Below, in pieces: positions 1 to 10,188 of a stretch of DNA of 64,000 nt. Below the pieces are notes generated by a model. That model was not told where the DNA came from, made no database searches, and worked only from the letters and a program-made list of their open reading frames with translations. This DNA comes from an uncultured Clostridia bacterium (GTDB lineage Bacteria; Bacillota; Clostridia; Oscillospirales; QAKW01), in assembly GCA_944385895.1 (NCBI GenBank), contig CALWYZ010000005.1:55602-119601 (forward strand), read 5' to 3'. Both the position numbers and the translations under genes were made by a program. Within the stretch, counting starts at the first letter, position 1; each line of letters starts with the position of its first letter.

Positions 1-485
1 GCGCCGTTAAGTCTGCCGGAAACCATTATTTTGATTCCCTTAGCGCCCGCGCGCATTGTTCTGCCGATAGCCTGTTTCATTACACGTCTGAACGCCATTC
101 TTTTTTCAAGCTGTGCAGCACAGCTCTCCGCTACCAGCTGGGAGTTCATATCGATGTTCTTTACTTCTACTATTTTTATATCGACTTTTTTGCCTGTGAG
201 CTTTACAAGCTCATTTTTAAGCTTTTCTATTTCCACGCCGCCGCGGCCTATTACAAGACCCGGTTTGGCACATGACAGAAATACTTTAATGTTTTTTCCG
301 TCTGTGGTGCGTTCTATCTCTATCTTGGGGATACCGGCGTCATAGTATTTTTTCTTCAGATACTCGCGGATTTTATAATCTTCTAATATAAGATCGCCTG
401 TAGCGCCGTCCTTTGATATCCATCTTGAGTCCCAGCCTTTAATAACGCCGACTCTCATTCCGTGCGGATGTACTTTCTGTCCCAT
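1..485 (-). CDS. rpsC: 30S ribosomal protein S3, N-terminal part (gene runs off left edge)
   Basis: Absent from the ORF track because no stop lies in the window. My minus-strand translation from ATG 485-483 reads [45 protein letters not shown]... An AGGAGG RBS lies inside the rplV 3' end. Position after rplV matches the S10 operon. Confidence 0.93.
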   Translation of the reverse strand, partial: MGQKVHPHGMRVGVIKGWDSRWISKDGATGDLILEDYKIREYLKKKYYDAGIPKIEIERTTDGKNIKVFLSCAKPGLVIGRGGVEIEKLKNELVKLTGKKVDIKIVEVKNIDMNSQLVAESCAAQLEKRMAFRRVMKQAIGRTMRAGAKGIKIMVSGRLNG

Positions 486-486
486 A

Positions 487-825
487 TTATGCCTCCTTCT
501 CCTCTAATACGATTGTAACATGAGAAGTTCTCTTGTTTATTCTGAAAGCTCTTCCTTGTGCTCTGGGCATAATTCTCTTAAGAATCGGACCGGGCCCGAC
601 GTAGCACCGAGCTACATAGAGATTATCCGCATTCATGCCGTAATTGTTTTCAGCGTTGGCCATTGCGCTTTTAAGCAGCTTCGCAAGCGGCTCTGACGCT
701 GCCTTCGGCGTATTTTTGAGAACAGCCATGGCATACTTTGCCGGTTTGTTTCTGATAAGATCAAGAACTATACCGACCTTACGGGGAGAGATTCTGAGAT
801 ATTTTAAATGTGCTTTTGCCTGCAT
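487..825 (-). CDS. rplV: 50S ribosomal protein L22
   Basis: 112 aa, [17 protein letters not shown]...[15 protein letters not shown]; S10-operon order. Confidence 0.97.
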   Translation of the reverse strand: MQAKAHLKYLRISPRKVGIVLDLIRNKPAKYAMAVLKNTPKAASEPLAKLLKSAMANAENNYGMNADNLYVARCYVGPGPILKRIMPRAQGRAFRINKRTSHVTIVLEEKEA

Positions 826-845
826 TTATATTTCCTCCTTACCCC

Positions 846-1118
846 TTACTTTGTTGTTTTAGAGCCCGCATGGCCTCTGAATGTTCTTGTCGGAGCAAAC
901 TCGCCGAATTTATGGCCGACCATATCTTCGGTCACATAAACCGGAACGTGCTTTCTGCCGTCATGAATTGCTACTGTGTGTCCAACAAAATCGGGAAATA
1001 TCGTTGATGCTCTTGACCAGCTCTTAAGCACCACTTTTTCGCCGGTTTCGTTTAATTTCTGTACTTTTGCTAAAAGCTTAGGATCGACAAACGGTCCTTT
1101 TTTTACGCTTCTGCCCAT
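846..1118 (-). CDS. rpsS: 30S ribosomal protein S19
   Basis: 90 aa, [16 protein letters not shown]...[16 protein letters not shown]; synteny. Confidence 0.97.
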   Translation of the reverse strand: MGRSVKKGPFVDPKLLAKVQKLNETGEKVVLKSWSRASTIFPDFVGHTVAIHDGRKHVPVYVTEDMVGHKFGEFAPTRTFRGHAGSKTTK

Positions 1119-1139
1119 TTAAATAATCCTCCTTCCGGC

Positions 1140-1976
1140 TTATGCGTCATTACGACGTTTTACGATAAATTTATTGGTTTTATTCTTCTTTGAGCGGGTC
1201 TTATAGCCAAGTGTAGGCTTACCCCACGGTGTTACAGGTCCGGGACGGCCGATAGGTGATTTACCCTCACCGCCGCCGTGCGGGTGATCGCAGGGGTTCA
1301 TTACAGAACCGCGAACCGTAGGTCTTATACCCATATGACGCTTTTTGCCGGCTTTGCCAATAGAGATATTGGAATGATCTCCGTTTGATACGACACCGAT
1401 TGTTGCCGTACAGTTGAGCTTTATAAGACGAACCTCTCCTGACGGCAGGCGAACCTGAGCATAGCCGTTTTCCTTTGCCATAAGCTGGGCGGAATTACCG
1501 GCCGAACGAACAAGCTGGGCGCCCTTACCGGGATGCAGTTCAATATTATATATAAATGTACCTACCGGTATATTATCTATAGGCAATGTGTTGCCCGGCT
1601 TTATATCCGCGTCTGCCGAAGACACGATTTTATCTCCGACCGAAAGTCCCTCGGGACATATTACATATGATTTTTCTCCATCCTCGTATACCACAAGTGC
1701 GATAAATGCCGAACGATTGGGATCATACTGGATTGAATCGACTGTAGCGGTCATGCCCACTTTGCCGTTTCTCTTGAAATCAATAATTCTGTACTTGATT
1801 TTATTTCCGCCGCCCTGATGACGTACGGTGATTCTGCCGTAGCTGTTGCGTCCGGCATTCTTCTTAACTTTAGTAAGAAGTGACTTTTCAGGTGCAACTT
1901 TTGACAGACAGCTGTAATCTACATTTGTCATCTGACGTCTGCCAGGAGTTGTCGGTTTATATGTTTTTATTGCCAT
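1140..1976 (-). CDS. rplB: 50S ribosomal protein L2
   Basis: 278 aa, [14 protein letters not shown]...[19 protein letters not shown]; synteny. Confidence 0.98.
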   Translation of the reverse strand: MAIKTYKPTTPGRRQMTNVDYSCLSKVAPEKSLLTKVKKNAGRNSYGRITVRHQGGGNKIKYRIIDFKRNGKVGMTATVDSIQYDPNRSAFIALVVYEDGEKSYVICPEGLSVGDKIVSSADADIKPGNTLPIDNIPVGTFIYNIELHPGKGAQLVRSAGNSAQLMAKENGYAQVRLPSGEVRLIKLNCTATIGVVSNGDHSNISIGKAGKKRHMGIRPTVRGSVMNPCDHPHGGGEGKSPIGRPGPVTPWGKPTLGYKTRSKKNKTNKFIVKRRNDA

Positions 1977-1989
1977 TTAAAACCCCTCC

Positions 1990-2283
1990 TTACATCATTC
2001 CGTCAAAGAATTCTATTGTCTTTGACTTTTCAGTAAGTTTTACATATGCTTTCTTATATTTAGATGTAAAACCGCGGTGTACGCCCATTCTCTTCTCTTT
2101 TCCCGAGCAGTTTACAGTCGTCACCTTTTCAACTTCGACTCCGAATATCTTTTCAACCGCATCCTTGATTTCTATCTTGTTTGCATCAAGCGCCACTTTG
2201 AAAGCGTATGTTTTATTCTGCATACCACCCATCGATTTTTCGGAAATGATAGGTTTTTGAAGTATATCATAAACCGATTTCAT
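1990..2283 (-). CDS. rplW: 50S ribosomal protein L23
   Basis: 97 aa; size, sequence and position between rplD and rplB. Confidence 0.95.
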   Translation of the reverse strand: MKSVYDILQKPIISEKSMGGMQNKTYAFKVALDANKIEIKDAVEKIFGVEVEKVTTVNCSGKEKRMGVHRGFTSKYKKAYVKLTEKSKTIEFFDGMM

Positions 2284-2903
2284 TACGCATATACCTCCTC
2301 TATTTTCTTAACGGCATCCGCTGTAAGAATGAGCTTGTCATACTTGAGGATATCGTAAGTATTTATTGTATTGGTGAGCGCTGTTTTTATGCCCTGGATA
2401 TTTGATGCGCTCTTTATAAAACAATTGTTTTGCTCACCGTTTACGATAAGAGCCTTTTTGACATTAAGTTTATCAAGCATGCCGACAATTGTCTTTGTCT
2501 TGTATTCTTCTATTGAAATACTGTCAACAACTATGAGCTTACCGTCCGCAAGCTTTGATGAAAACGCGGATTTAAGGGCAAGTCTTTTCAGTTTTTTATT
2601 CATTGCAAAGCGATAGTCACGCGGCTTGGGAGCAAATACGATACCGCCGTGTGTCCACTGCGGGCTTCTTGTAGATCCCTGTCTTGCATGTCCTGTGCCC
2701 TTCTGTCTCCACGGCTTCTTTCCGCCGCCGGACACCTCGGCACGGGTAAGTGCAGATTGAGTGCCCTGTCTCTGATTTGCGAGGTAATTTGTAACCGCCA
2801 TATGCATTGCAGGCTTATTTACCTCAATGGCAAATATCGCATCGGACAGCTCCATTGTCGATACCTTTTCGCCATTCATGTTTACAACATCAATAGTAGC
2901 CAT
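2283..2903 (-). CDS. rplD: 50S ribosomal protein L4
   Basis: 206 aa, ...GGGKKPWRQKGTGHARQGSTRSPQW...; synteny. Confidence 0.97.
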   Translation of the reverse strand: MATIDVVNMNGEKVSTMELSDAIFAIEVNKPAMHMAVTNYLANQRQGTQSALTRAEVSGGGKKPWRQKGTGHARQGSTRSPQWTHGGIVFAPKPRDYRFAMNKKLKRLALKSAFSSKLADGKLIVVDSISIEEYKTKTIVGMLDKLNVKKALIVNGEQNNCFIKSASNIQGIKTALTNTINTYDILKYDKLILTADAVKKIEEVYA

Positions 2904-2920
2904 TATTTCTTACCTCCTTC

Positions 2921-3556
2921 TTAACCAGCTTTAACTGTGCTCTTTACGGTCACGACTGAGCCCTTCGGACCCGGAATCGCGCCTTTTACTACAAGCAGGT
3001 TATTTTCAGTATCTATTTTTACAACGTCAAGATTCTGTACTGTTACCTTTACAGCGCCCATATGGCCCGGCATTTTCTTACCTTTATATATTCTGGAAGG
3101 TGAAGAACATGCGCCCATGGAGCCTGCATGTCTATGAGTAGGACCGCCGCCGTGCGACATCGGGCCGCGGCGTCCGTTATAACGCTTAATTGTACCGGCG
3201 TAACCTTTACCTTTTGAAATACCGGTAACGTCCACTCCTGTACCGACCTCGAATGTATCAACACCGATTACATCGCCCACATTAAGCGACTCGGCGTCTT
3301 CAAGTCTAAACTCTTTGAGCACTTTTTTATATCCGACGCCTGCCTTGTCAAAGTGACCCTTCATCGGCTTGGTCATACGGCTTTCTTTTGCATCGTCAAA
3401 ACCGAGCTGTACTGATGAATAACCGTCCTTTTCAACCGTTTTCTTCTGTACGACTGTACAGGGTCCGGCCTGTATAACGGTTACGGGAATAACATTTCCG
3501 TTTTCGTCAAAAACCTGTGTCATTCCGATTTTCTTTCCGATAATACCTTTTTTCAC
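2921..3556 (-). CDS. rplC: 50S ribosomal protein L3
   Basis: 211 aa, [27 protein letters not shown]...; synteny. Confidence 0.97.
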   Translation of the reverse strand: MKKGIIGKKIGMTQVFDENGNVIPVTVIQAGPCTVVQKKTVEKDGYSSVQLGFDDAKESRMTKPMKGHFDKAGVGYKKVLKEFRLEDAESLNVGDVIGVDTFEVGTGVDVTGISKGKGYAGTIKRYNGRRGPMSHGGGPTHRHAGSMGACSSPSRIYKGKKMPGHMGAVKVTVQNLDVVKIDTENNLLVVKGAIPGPKGSVVTVKSTVKAG

Positions 3557-3618
3557 TTTCTTTTCCTCCTTAGGTTATTGGTTGAGTATGTCTCAACATG
3601 ACCCCGGCTTTTTATGAC

Positions 3619-3933
3619 TTACAGTTTGATTTCTATGTCAACGCCAGCCGGAAGCTCAAGATTTGCAAGGGCATCTGCCGTCTTTGCAGTCGGCTTTACA
3701 ATATCGATAAGACGCTTATGCGTGCGTCTTTCAAACTGCTCTCTGGAATCCTTATATTTATGAACTGCGCGAAGGATTGTGACTACTTCCTTCTTTGTGG
3801 GAAGCGGGATGGGTCCCGAAACCACAGCGCCTGTTCTCTGAGCAGTATCGATTATTTTCTGTGCCGTCTGATCAACAAGCATTGCCTCAAAACCTTTGAT
3901 TCTGATTCTGATCTTTTCTGACTTTTTCGCCAT
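3619..3933 (-). CDS. rpsJ: 30S ribosomal protein S10
   Basis: 104 aa, ...[29 protein letters not shown]...; first gene of the S10 operon; RBS AAGGAGG upstream. Confidence 0.97.
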   Translation of the reverse strand: MAKKSEKIRIRIKGFEAMLVDQTAQKIIDTAQRTGAVVSGPIPLPTKKEVVTILRAVHKYKDSREQFERRTHKRLIDIVKPTAKTADALANLELPAGVDIEIKL

Positions 3934-4842
3934 TTTGTGCTTACGCCTCCTTAAAATTTATATTTAATTTGGTTTGGCAGCAAACTATACTTTTCATATA
4001 GCCAACACAAGTACACTTATCACACACTCTGCCGTGTGTTCCACTTTTTAGCCGAAAAAATTACGGCCAAAGCCGATCATTTTGTTTTATTTTATACGGC
4101 TTACCGGAAATCTCCGGCAGTTCCAAAACAAAACAAAGCCCAAAATTTGCACCTGTGCGCCGCCCGGTTTATAAACCGAACATACTCCGCGGAAATTCCC
4201 TGCCTGAAGCAAAGTATATACAGCAGCTTCAGCAGCCACCTTCCGCATCAACGCATTAGTCACAAACAGCAGTATATCATACAGAATCAACAATTGCAAG
4301 CATTTTTTTATATTAAAATAATTTTTTTGCGATATACAAAACAAGATATTGCCTGAATTGAATTTACCTATATGTTTATGCTCTGTCGTATTACTAAAAA
4401 GGATACAGTAAAGCTCCTACTTGCGCACCGAATTATTTGGTTGTCTGTAAATCGAGTTTGCAATACAAATATAAGTTTATTAATTAAGGTATCGACAAAC
4501 AATAAATGACATATATTTGATTTCAGTATTGACATTTTTGGCATCATCTTCACGCTCTGTCATCTTCTTTTGCAATTCAAATCATTTCCACAGCCGTACG
4601 GCAAAACTGTCTGACAATATTGATAATGGTAATGATAATACTGAATTTCCATTACTTCAGGCGAAATCAGACTGTCTGATATATTATTTATTAGGATAAT
4701 TTCAAATGCAACAATTAATAGTCAAATTGATTTGTTTCAAAATAGGTCTTTATTGGAAATTTTGTTTTGCTTATCTGTTATCTAAACTTAAAATATACTG
4801 ATTTTCTCTCATATTCAAATATTCGGGCCGATTATAAATACC

Positions 4843-4879
4843 AAGGGAGAAGCTACATTTTTTGTGTAGCTTCTCCCTT
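4843..4879 (-). terminator. Intrinsic terminator hairpin after the SLH-protein gene
   Basis: Perfect 15-bp inverted repeat aagggagaagctaca / tgtagcttctccctt with a 7-nt loop, 22 nt past the stop at 4902. Confidence 0.75.
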
Positions 4880-4901
4880 ATAATATACTTTTAATTTATT
4901 T

Positions 4902-7900
4902 TTACAGACCGAGATATCTTGTGCAAACCGCTGCAATTTCAGAACGCTTTATGTTATCCTTACCGCTTATATAATTTCTGCCGTCAATTTCCGAACCGTT
5001 GAAATACTCGGCATAAACTGCAAGTTTAACATAAGTTTTAGCCCAATTCTGAACTGATGCCTCATCAGCAAAATCAAATGAATTGTAACGGCTATCCACT
5101 GCTTGCTGATTTGCTGCATAATACTCGTCTACAGTTTGTGTCATCTCATTATCAAGGAATGAGAGCTCTACGACAATCTTTGCAAGCTGTGATCTTGTAG
5201 TATTGCCCTTTCCGTCAAATACAAGATTACCGCTCAGGTCTTCACTTCCGCCCATTATACCAAGAGCTGTAACAGCCTTAACATAATTTTCCGCCCATTT
5301 GGCTATAGAATCAGTATACGCAAGATTTACACCTGCATACTGAGATGCATCTATACCCAAAAGTCTTACAGCAATTGCAGCTATTTCATATCTTGTCATG
5401 CTGTTTGCGGCATTGAAGTTGCCCAGATCATCACCCTGCAGCACTCCGGTTCCGCTTGCATTGAGCTTATCAATATATGTCTTCGCCCAACCGGGAATGC
5501 TTGCTGAGTCTTTATACGCAACAGGAGATCTGTTTGAAATAACCTTTATTGTAACTGTTTCCTTTTCACCGTCACTATAAACAACAGCAGCGTAAAGATA
5601 GGTTGTGCCCTGATCAAGGTTGAGTTGAGATGTAGCTGTTGTTGTAAGCTTCTTATCGGCATAGAGCTGATATGTTGCGTTCTTAACAGATATGTCAAGA
5701 TTTACAGACTTAAGATTATCTTCGAGCTTTACTATGTGCAATGAAGGATCATTAGCATCTATTGTTTCACCGGCAACTGAGATTCCGTCATCGGATTTTT
5801 TGATGTTAAGTACAATAGGAGCCGATACATTAGTTCCGCTTTCCGAGGTAACTATAATATATACCGTTGTATCGCCTGCAATGGTTACTGTATTATTTTC
5901 TATAAGCTGTGAGCAGCTGCTGTCGGCAAACACTTTGAATGTAGCTCCAGCAGAAACGGTCGGATTTACAACAAACTGTTTTCTTGCTGTAGCAACAAAA
6001 CCGTCGCCTTCCTGTACAGCGCCCTCAATGGCATATAGGGCAGCCTCTGTGTTCTTTTCTTTATTAAGCGAGAGTGTATAAAGCTTGTAATCTACTTTAT
6101 TTTCAGCAGTTACACCAAGGGTAAACTCATTCAATCCCGAGGAGAGTCCGCCGATAGAAAACTCACCGTTTTCGTTCATAGGATAAACTGTTGTTCCTCT
6201 CCAAACTGATGCAGTAGCTCCTCCGGATATTTTAATACTGAATTTAAACTCAGTAACATCTCCCGGAACAGTTGCCGACAAATTCTCTCCGTCAAGGGTC
6301 ACGCCCTCAGCACTTTCAATTTCACACTTTTTGCTAAGACCGCGGTTGATTATTACGTAAAAATATTCTTGCTCCTGATTTGCTGAAAGCAAAAATCTGA
6401 TAGTAACGGTTTCATTCGGCTCAATACCGGTTACAGTATAAACGCCGTTATCATCTTTGTCCATCGAAATGGAATCTGTTACATTTACAGCTTCTTCAAC
6501 CGTAACAGCGGCATCGTCAAATTTGAAGGAAAAATCGCTCATTTCTCTTTCAAGCGAAACATTGTATACCAAGTTATCTCTTTCAACAACAGCCAACGGT
6601 GTTGTTTCTAAAAGATCGCCTGGATCAACAGAGGCTGACGCTTTATTTATTGTCAGTTTATACGGTACCGTTGTAACCTGATCATAAGAATATGCTATCA
6701 AAAGAAAGTAGTTTTTCAAATTTTTAAGAGTAAATTCTTCAACTTTATTAGACTCTGAGTAATCTGCAATATTAGTAAAATCAGCATTTGATTCATAGAT
6801 TTCGTATTTGCCAAGACCTGATACTTCAGGAACAACTGATAATACTCCGGCTTCTGATTCAAGCTCTATTGACATTGAATCTGTGTCAGGTGTTACTCCG
6901 TTTACAGTAAATGCAGGAATATCACTGCTCTTTTTAGTTCTTGCTGCGTCAAGATAGCAATAATCAAATCTTACATTTCCACCCGGAAGAGCATCGCTTG
7001 TACCACTGAGCCAAGAGTCAGTATATGTAGGGCAAACATAACTTCCGGTTGTATCAACCTTAGTAGAGGAGCTTCCATAGCTAAATCCATAATTTGAATA
7101 TCCTACAACTGTATTATTTCTTAAGTCAAAGATATCAGTATAATCTTTAGAAGCGTCCATGAAATTCATATTCAAAAACAGCTCACTGCTGGCAATACCT
7201 GTACTAATAACAATATTGTTGCTTAAATCGATTTTAGAAAAACTATGAGCATTAATCGTAAAGGTATTTGTGTCACTTTCAGATACATTATAGAGAAGAT
7301 TTCCGCTCATAATTAACTCTGAATACTGATCTTCACCACCGCAGCCTACAGGCAGCTTACCGCCAGAATCGCCTACAGCACTGCTGACGTATCCTTCGAA
7401 TTGATATATAGCATTTCTGCAATTTGTAAAGCAACTGTTTTTAACGATAAAGCCGCAGTCCTGGAAATAAGGACGCCACTTCATCCACCAGCCCTGGCTT
7501 GTAAAACCTTCCATATTGCTGTCAAGATAACAGCCGTCCATTGTAAATTTCGGCGATACCTGCTCGTCGATAAGACGATTTACAGTTCCCGCAAGGTTTT
7601 CAAAGCGCCAGTTAATGAGGCTCGTTTCGTCTGTATTATAACGCCCGCTTTGAGTCTGGTTATTGCTGTTGGCATTATAAAATGTGATAGCATAAGCCGC
7701 TGAATGTCTGCCGGTAGTAGTCGTAACCAGATTTGCAGTTCCTTCTGCAGTCTGGCTAAACAGAATATTTTTAAAGGTAAGCTTTGTCTGAGCAGAACTC
7801 ATTGGACGCTGATGATCATAAAGACGTCCGGTAATCTTAACTCCCCAAACATTAGTCTCACCGATTGCCGAGCCTGACACAACAACATTGGAGACAGTAG

Positions 7901-8357
7901 AACATGTGTTGTCCCATTCAGGATTTTTCTCCCAGGGCTTTGTAGGATCTTCAGGGTTTACAGTATTCGGGTTGACATTCCAGTTAACACCAAAAATGCT
8001 CATAGGCTTTGTTATGGTAATATCACCGTATGAGGCGTTTGCCAGAAGTATCTGAATTTCACCGCTTTCAGACAGCATCTCTGCGCCCTCTATGGCTGCC
8101 TCAATAGTTGCAAATGCATTGACACCGTATGTAAATTCATAGGCAGTGCCGTCCACCTGTGCAACGACAACGTCGTTTGTTTTATAGCTGGCAAGAGCCG
8201 GATCCGCAAGACACGCTTCTTTAGTTATAGTGCCTGTAGGATCAACAAAATCTTTTAAAAAGACAGGAGTTCCCGCTGCAAAAGTAACGACGGTCAGCAT
8301 TGATACAATCATAAGAACCGTCAAAACAAATGCGAGCAGTCTTTTAGTTTTACTCAT
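4902..8357 (-). CDS. Large cell-surface protein. N-terminal signal peptide, beta-helix-like region, cadherin-like beta-sandwich repeats, three C-terminal SLH domains.
   Basis: 1151 aa with hydrophobic N-terminus MSKTKRLLAFVLTVLMIVSMLTVVTFAAG. Three SLH-like segments at the C-terminus (IPGWAKTYIDKL...MTRYEIAAIAVRLLG; IAKWAENYVKAV...TTRSQLAKIVVEL; VQNWAKTYVKLA...IKRSEIAAVCTRYLG). RBS AAAGGAAG. Confidence 0.85.
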   Translation of the reverse strand: MSKTKRLLAFVLTVLMIVSMLTVVTFAAGTPVFLKDFVDPTGTITKEACLADPALASYKTNDVVVAQVDGTAYEFTYGVNAFATIEAAIEGAEMLSESGEIQILLANASYGDITITKPMSIFGVNWNVNPNTVNPEDPTKPWEKNPEWDNTCSTVSNVVVSGSAIGETNVWGVKITGRLYDHQRPMSSAQTKLTFKNILFSQTAEGTANLVTTTTGRHSAAYAITFYNANSNNQTQSGRYNTDETSLINWRFENLAGTVNRLIDEQVSPKFTMDGCYLDSNMEGFTSQGWWMKWRPYFQDCGFIVKNSCFTNCRNAIYQFEGYVSSAVGDSGGKLPVGCGGEDQYSELIMSGNLLYNVSESDTNTFTINAHSFSKIDLSNNIVISTGIASSELFLNMNFMDASKDYTDIFDLRNNTVVGYSNYGFSYGSSSTKVDTTGSYVCPTYTDSWLSGTSDALPGGNVRFDYCYLDAARTKKSSDIPAFTVNGVTPDTDSMSIELESEAGVLSVVPEVSGLGKYEIYESNADFTNIADYSESNKVEEFTLKNLKNYFLLIAYSYDQVTTVPYKLTINKASASVDPGDLLETTPLAVVERDNLVYNVSLEREMSDFSFKFDDAAVTVEEAVNVTDSISMDKDDNGVYTVTGIEPNETVTIRFLLSANQEQEYFYVIINRGLSKKCEIESAEGVTLDGENLSATVPGDVTEFKFSIKISGGATASVWRGTTVYPMNENGEFSIGGLSSGLNEFTLGVTAENKVDYKLYTLSLNKEKNTEAALYAIEGAVQEGDGFVATARKQFVVNPTVSAGATFKVFADSSCSQLIENNTVTIAGDTTVYIIVTSESGTNVSAPIVLNIKKSDDGISVAGETIDANDPSLHIVKLEDNLKSVNLDISVKNATYQLYADKKLTTTATSQLNLDQGTTYLYAAVVYSDGEKETVTIKVISNRSPVAYKDSASIPGWAKTYIDKLNASGTGVLQGDDLGNFNAANSMTRYEIAAIAVRLLGIDASQYAGVNLAYTDSIAKWAENYVKAVTALGIMGGSEDLSGNLVFDGKGNTTRSQLAKIVVELSFLDNEMTQTVDEYYAANQQAVDSRYNSFDFADEASVQNWAKTYVKLAVYAEYFNGSEIDGRNYISGKDNIKRSEIAAVCTRYLGL

Positions 8358-8590
8358 AAAAACATCTTCCTTTCGGATTTTCTGATAGCTATATTTTTAA
8401 ATATAACATTACTCATTCATTATAGCAAAGTAGCTTTTCAAAATATATAACCTGATGTTGTATAAATTATACTAAATGTGTATTTTTTTGTGTAATATCA
8501 ACATACAACAAAAATTATGAAAAATATTTTTATAACATACATAAAAGCATGCCAGAATGTAATTACTTATAAACCCATGAAAACTAAAAA

Positions 8591-8620
8591 TGTCGGCTTT
8601 GCATGAATGCAAAGCCGACA
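8591..8620 (-). terminator. Intrinsic terminator after spoIIR
   Basis: Inverted repeat tgtcggctttgcat / atgcaaagccgaca directly after the stop at 8623, followed on the minus strand by a T-run. Confidence 0.75.
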
Positions 8621-8622
8621 AC

Positions 8623-9252
8623 TTATTTACCGGATCTAAAGAAGTTTTTAATATTTTCAAAAATCTCCACAAGTGCAAATTTAAATTTAATCCGTGGATT
8701 TTCAGACTCGGTGGTCATATCCAAAGCATCACCCGTCAGAACATCGGACATTTTTTCCCTATTATCCTTCGAATCGGACGCACCGATACATATATCCGGG
8801 AACATAACGCACCAAAAATTTTGACCTGATGCAGAACCGATCTGAACGTCCACAGTATCATACACTCCTGCCGGAAGCGAAACACCGTCATAATTTCTTG
8901 TGGGGAAAAAGCGTTTTCTTACAGTTACGCTGACCTCATCGCTGCAGCCCCGACTTTCAAGTATCTGTCTGGCCTTATCAACAATAAGATCACTGTTTTG
9001 CATCGCGCTGTCTATAGCCTGCTGTTTGGTATCGGAGTCATAAAAAAGTTCCGAGCACAACTGGGCAATACCGTCCCTTACAGACATTTTATTCTGCTGG
9101 TCATAGTCGCTGTCGGAATTGGCAACGATATGAAACCTTAGAACACCGTCACGTATCTGTTCCGCCTCACCCTCCGAAATAATAAGCATGACTGTCATAA
9201 ATCCAAAAAAGACAGCAAACAACAACAGTGAACAAATAACTTTAGCTTTCAT
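8623..9252 (-). CDS. spoIIR: Stage II sporulation protein R
   Basis: Motif LRFHIVANSDSDYDQQNKMSVRDGI is typical of SpoIIR. N-terminal TM/signal segment. I prefer ATG 9252 (RBS GGGAAGG) over the ORF-track start 9303. Confidence 0.85.
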   Translation of the reverse strand: MKAKVICSLLLFAVFFGFMTVMLIISEGEAEQIRDGVLRFHIVANSDSDYDQQNKMSVRDGIAQLCSELFYDSDTKQQAIDSAMQNSDLIVDKARQILESRGCSDEVSVTVRKRFFPTRNYDGVSLPAGVYDTVDVQIGSASGQNFWCVMFPDICIGASDSKDNREKMSDVLTGDALDMTTESENPRIKFKFALVEIFENIKNFFRSGK

Positions 9253-9318
9253 TTTTCTACCTTCCCGGTCTTTATTTGAACTTATTATCGACCGGATCGG
9301 CAAAGCTTAATCACATAT

Positions 9319-10188
9319 TTAATTTTCCTCAAAAGAGCAGGAACACGGTTTTGCTATGTATGTGCATTTACAAAGGTTATGTACATATTCATAAGCCGCT
9401 CTTGCGGTTTTACGGTCTGTAAACACTCCGTATACCGCCGAGCCGGAGCCGCTCATCATGGAAAACACTGCACCTTGAGAGTACATTGTTTTCTTTATGT
9501 TTGCAATAACGGGACATTTTGCAATGGCGGCATCTTCCAGCGCGTTTTGTGAATAGCGGAAAATTTCGCAGATATCTCCTTTTTCGAGCTTTTCAAGAAC
9601 AGTGTCTGTGCTGCTTATTTCAAATATCTGCGGGATCTGCAGCGATGAAAAAACAGAAGCCGTTGACAGTGAAGCTTTAGGCTTTGCAATTACAATCCAG
9701 CATTGCGGAAGACTGCTAAGAGGAGTTACCTTTTCGCCTATCCCCTCGCACAGAGCAGTACCTCCGTAAACAAAAAACGGTATGTCTGCTCCTATTTTTT
9801 CAGTAAGTCTGACTCTCTGATCTTTTGTCATGGTCACGTCATAAAGCCTGCACAGACCCTCCAGCACAGCTGCACCGTTGGAGCTGCCGCCGCCAAGACC
9901 TGCACCGCTGGGGATATATTTTTTTAAGCGCACATATACTCCTGCGTCTATTCCCGTATAATCGAAAAACGCCGTTGCTATCTTATGCACAATGTTTCTT
10001 TCGTCTGTCGGTATATATGGAACATTGCAGGATATTTTTATCTGTGCGCTTTCAAGCTTTTCCATCCTTATGATATCACTTAGCGAAATTGTCTGCATAA
10101 CGGTGCGCAGCAAATGATACCCATCATTGCGCCTGCCTGTCAGATCAAGTGAAATATTTATTTTTGCATGAGATCTAAGTACTATCAC
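9319..10188 (-). CDS. ispE: 4-diphosphocytidyl-2-C-methyl-D-erythritol kinase
   Basis: 289 aa, AKINISLDLTGRRNDGYHLL... and GHMP-kinase loop PSGAGLGGGSSNGAAVL. Confidence 0.9.
   Translation of the reverse strand: MIVLRSHAKINISLDLTGRRNDGYHLLRTVMQTISLSDIIRMEKLESAQIKISCNVPYIPTDERNIVHKIATAFFDYTGIDAGVYVRLKKYIPSGAGLGGGSSNGAAVLEGLCRLYDVTMTKDQRVRLTEKIGADIPFFVYGGTALCEGIGEKVTPLSSLPQCWIVIAKPKASLSTASVFSSLQIPQIFEISSTDTVLEKLEKGDICEIFRYSQNALEDAAIAKCPVIANIKKTMYSQGAVFSMMSGSGSAVYGVFTDRKTARAAYEYVHNLCKCTYIAKPCSCSFEEN

Noticed and set aside
4036-4699. ORFs of 60-106 aa in the rpsJ-upstream spacer (4036..4356+, 4087..4344-, 4368..4553-, 4517..4699+)
   Set aside because: They are mutually overlapping, lack RBSs and have low-complexity or implausible sequences. 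The region is better described as non-coding.
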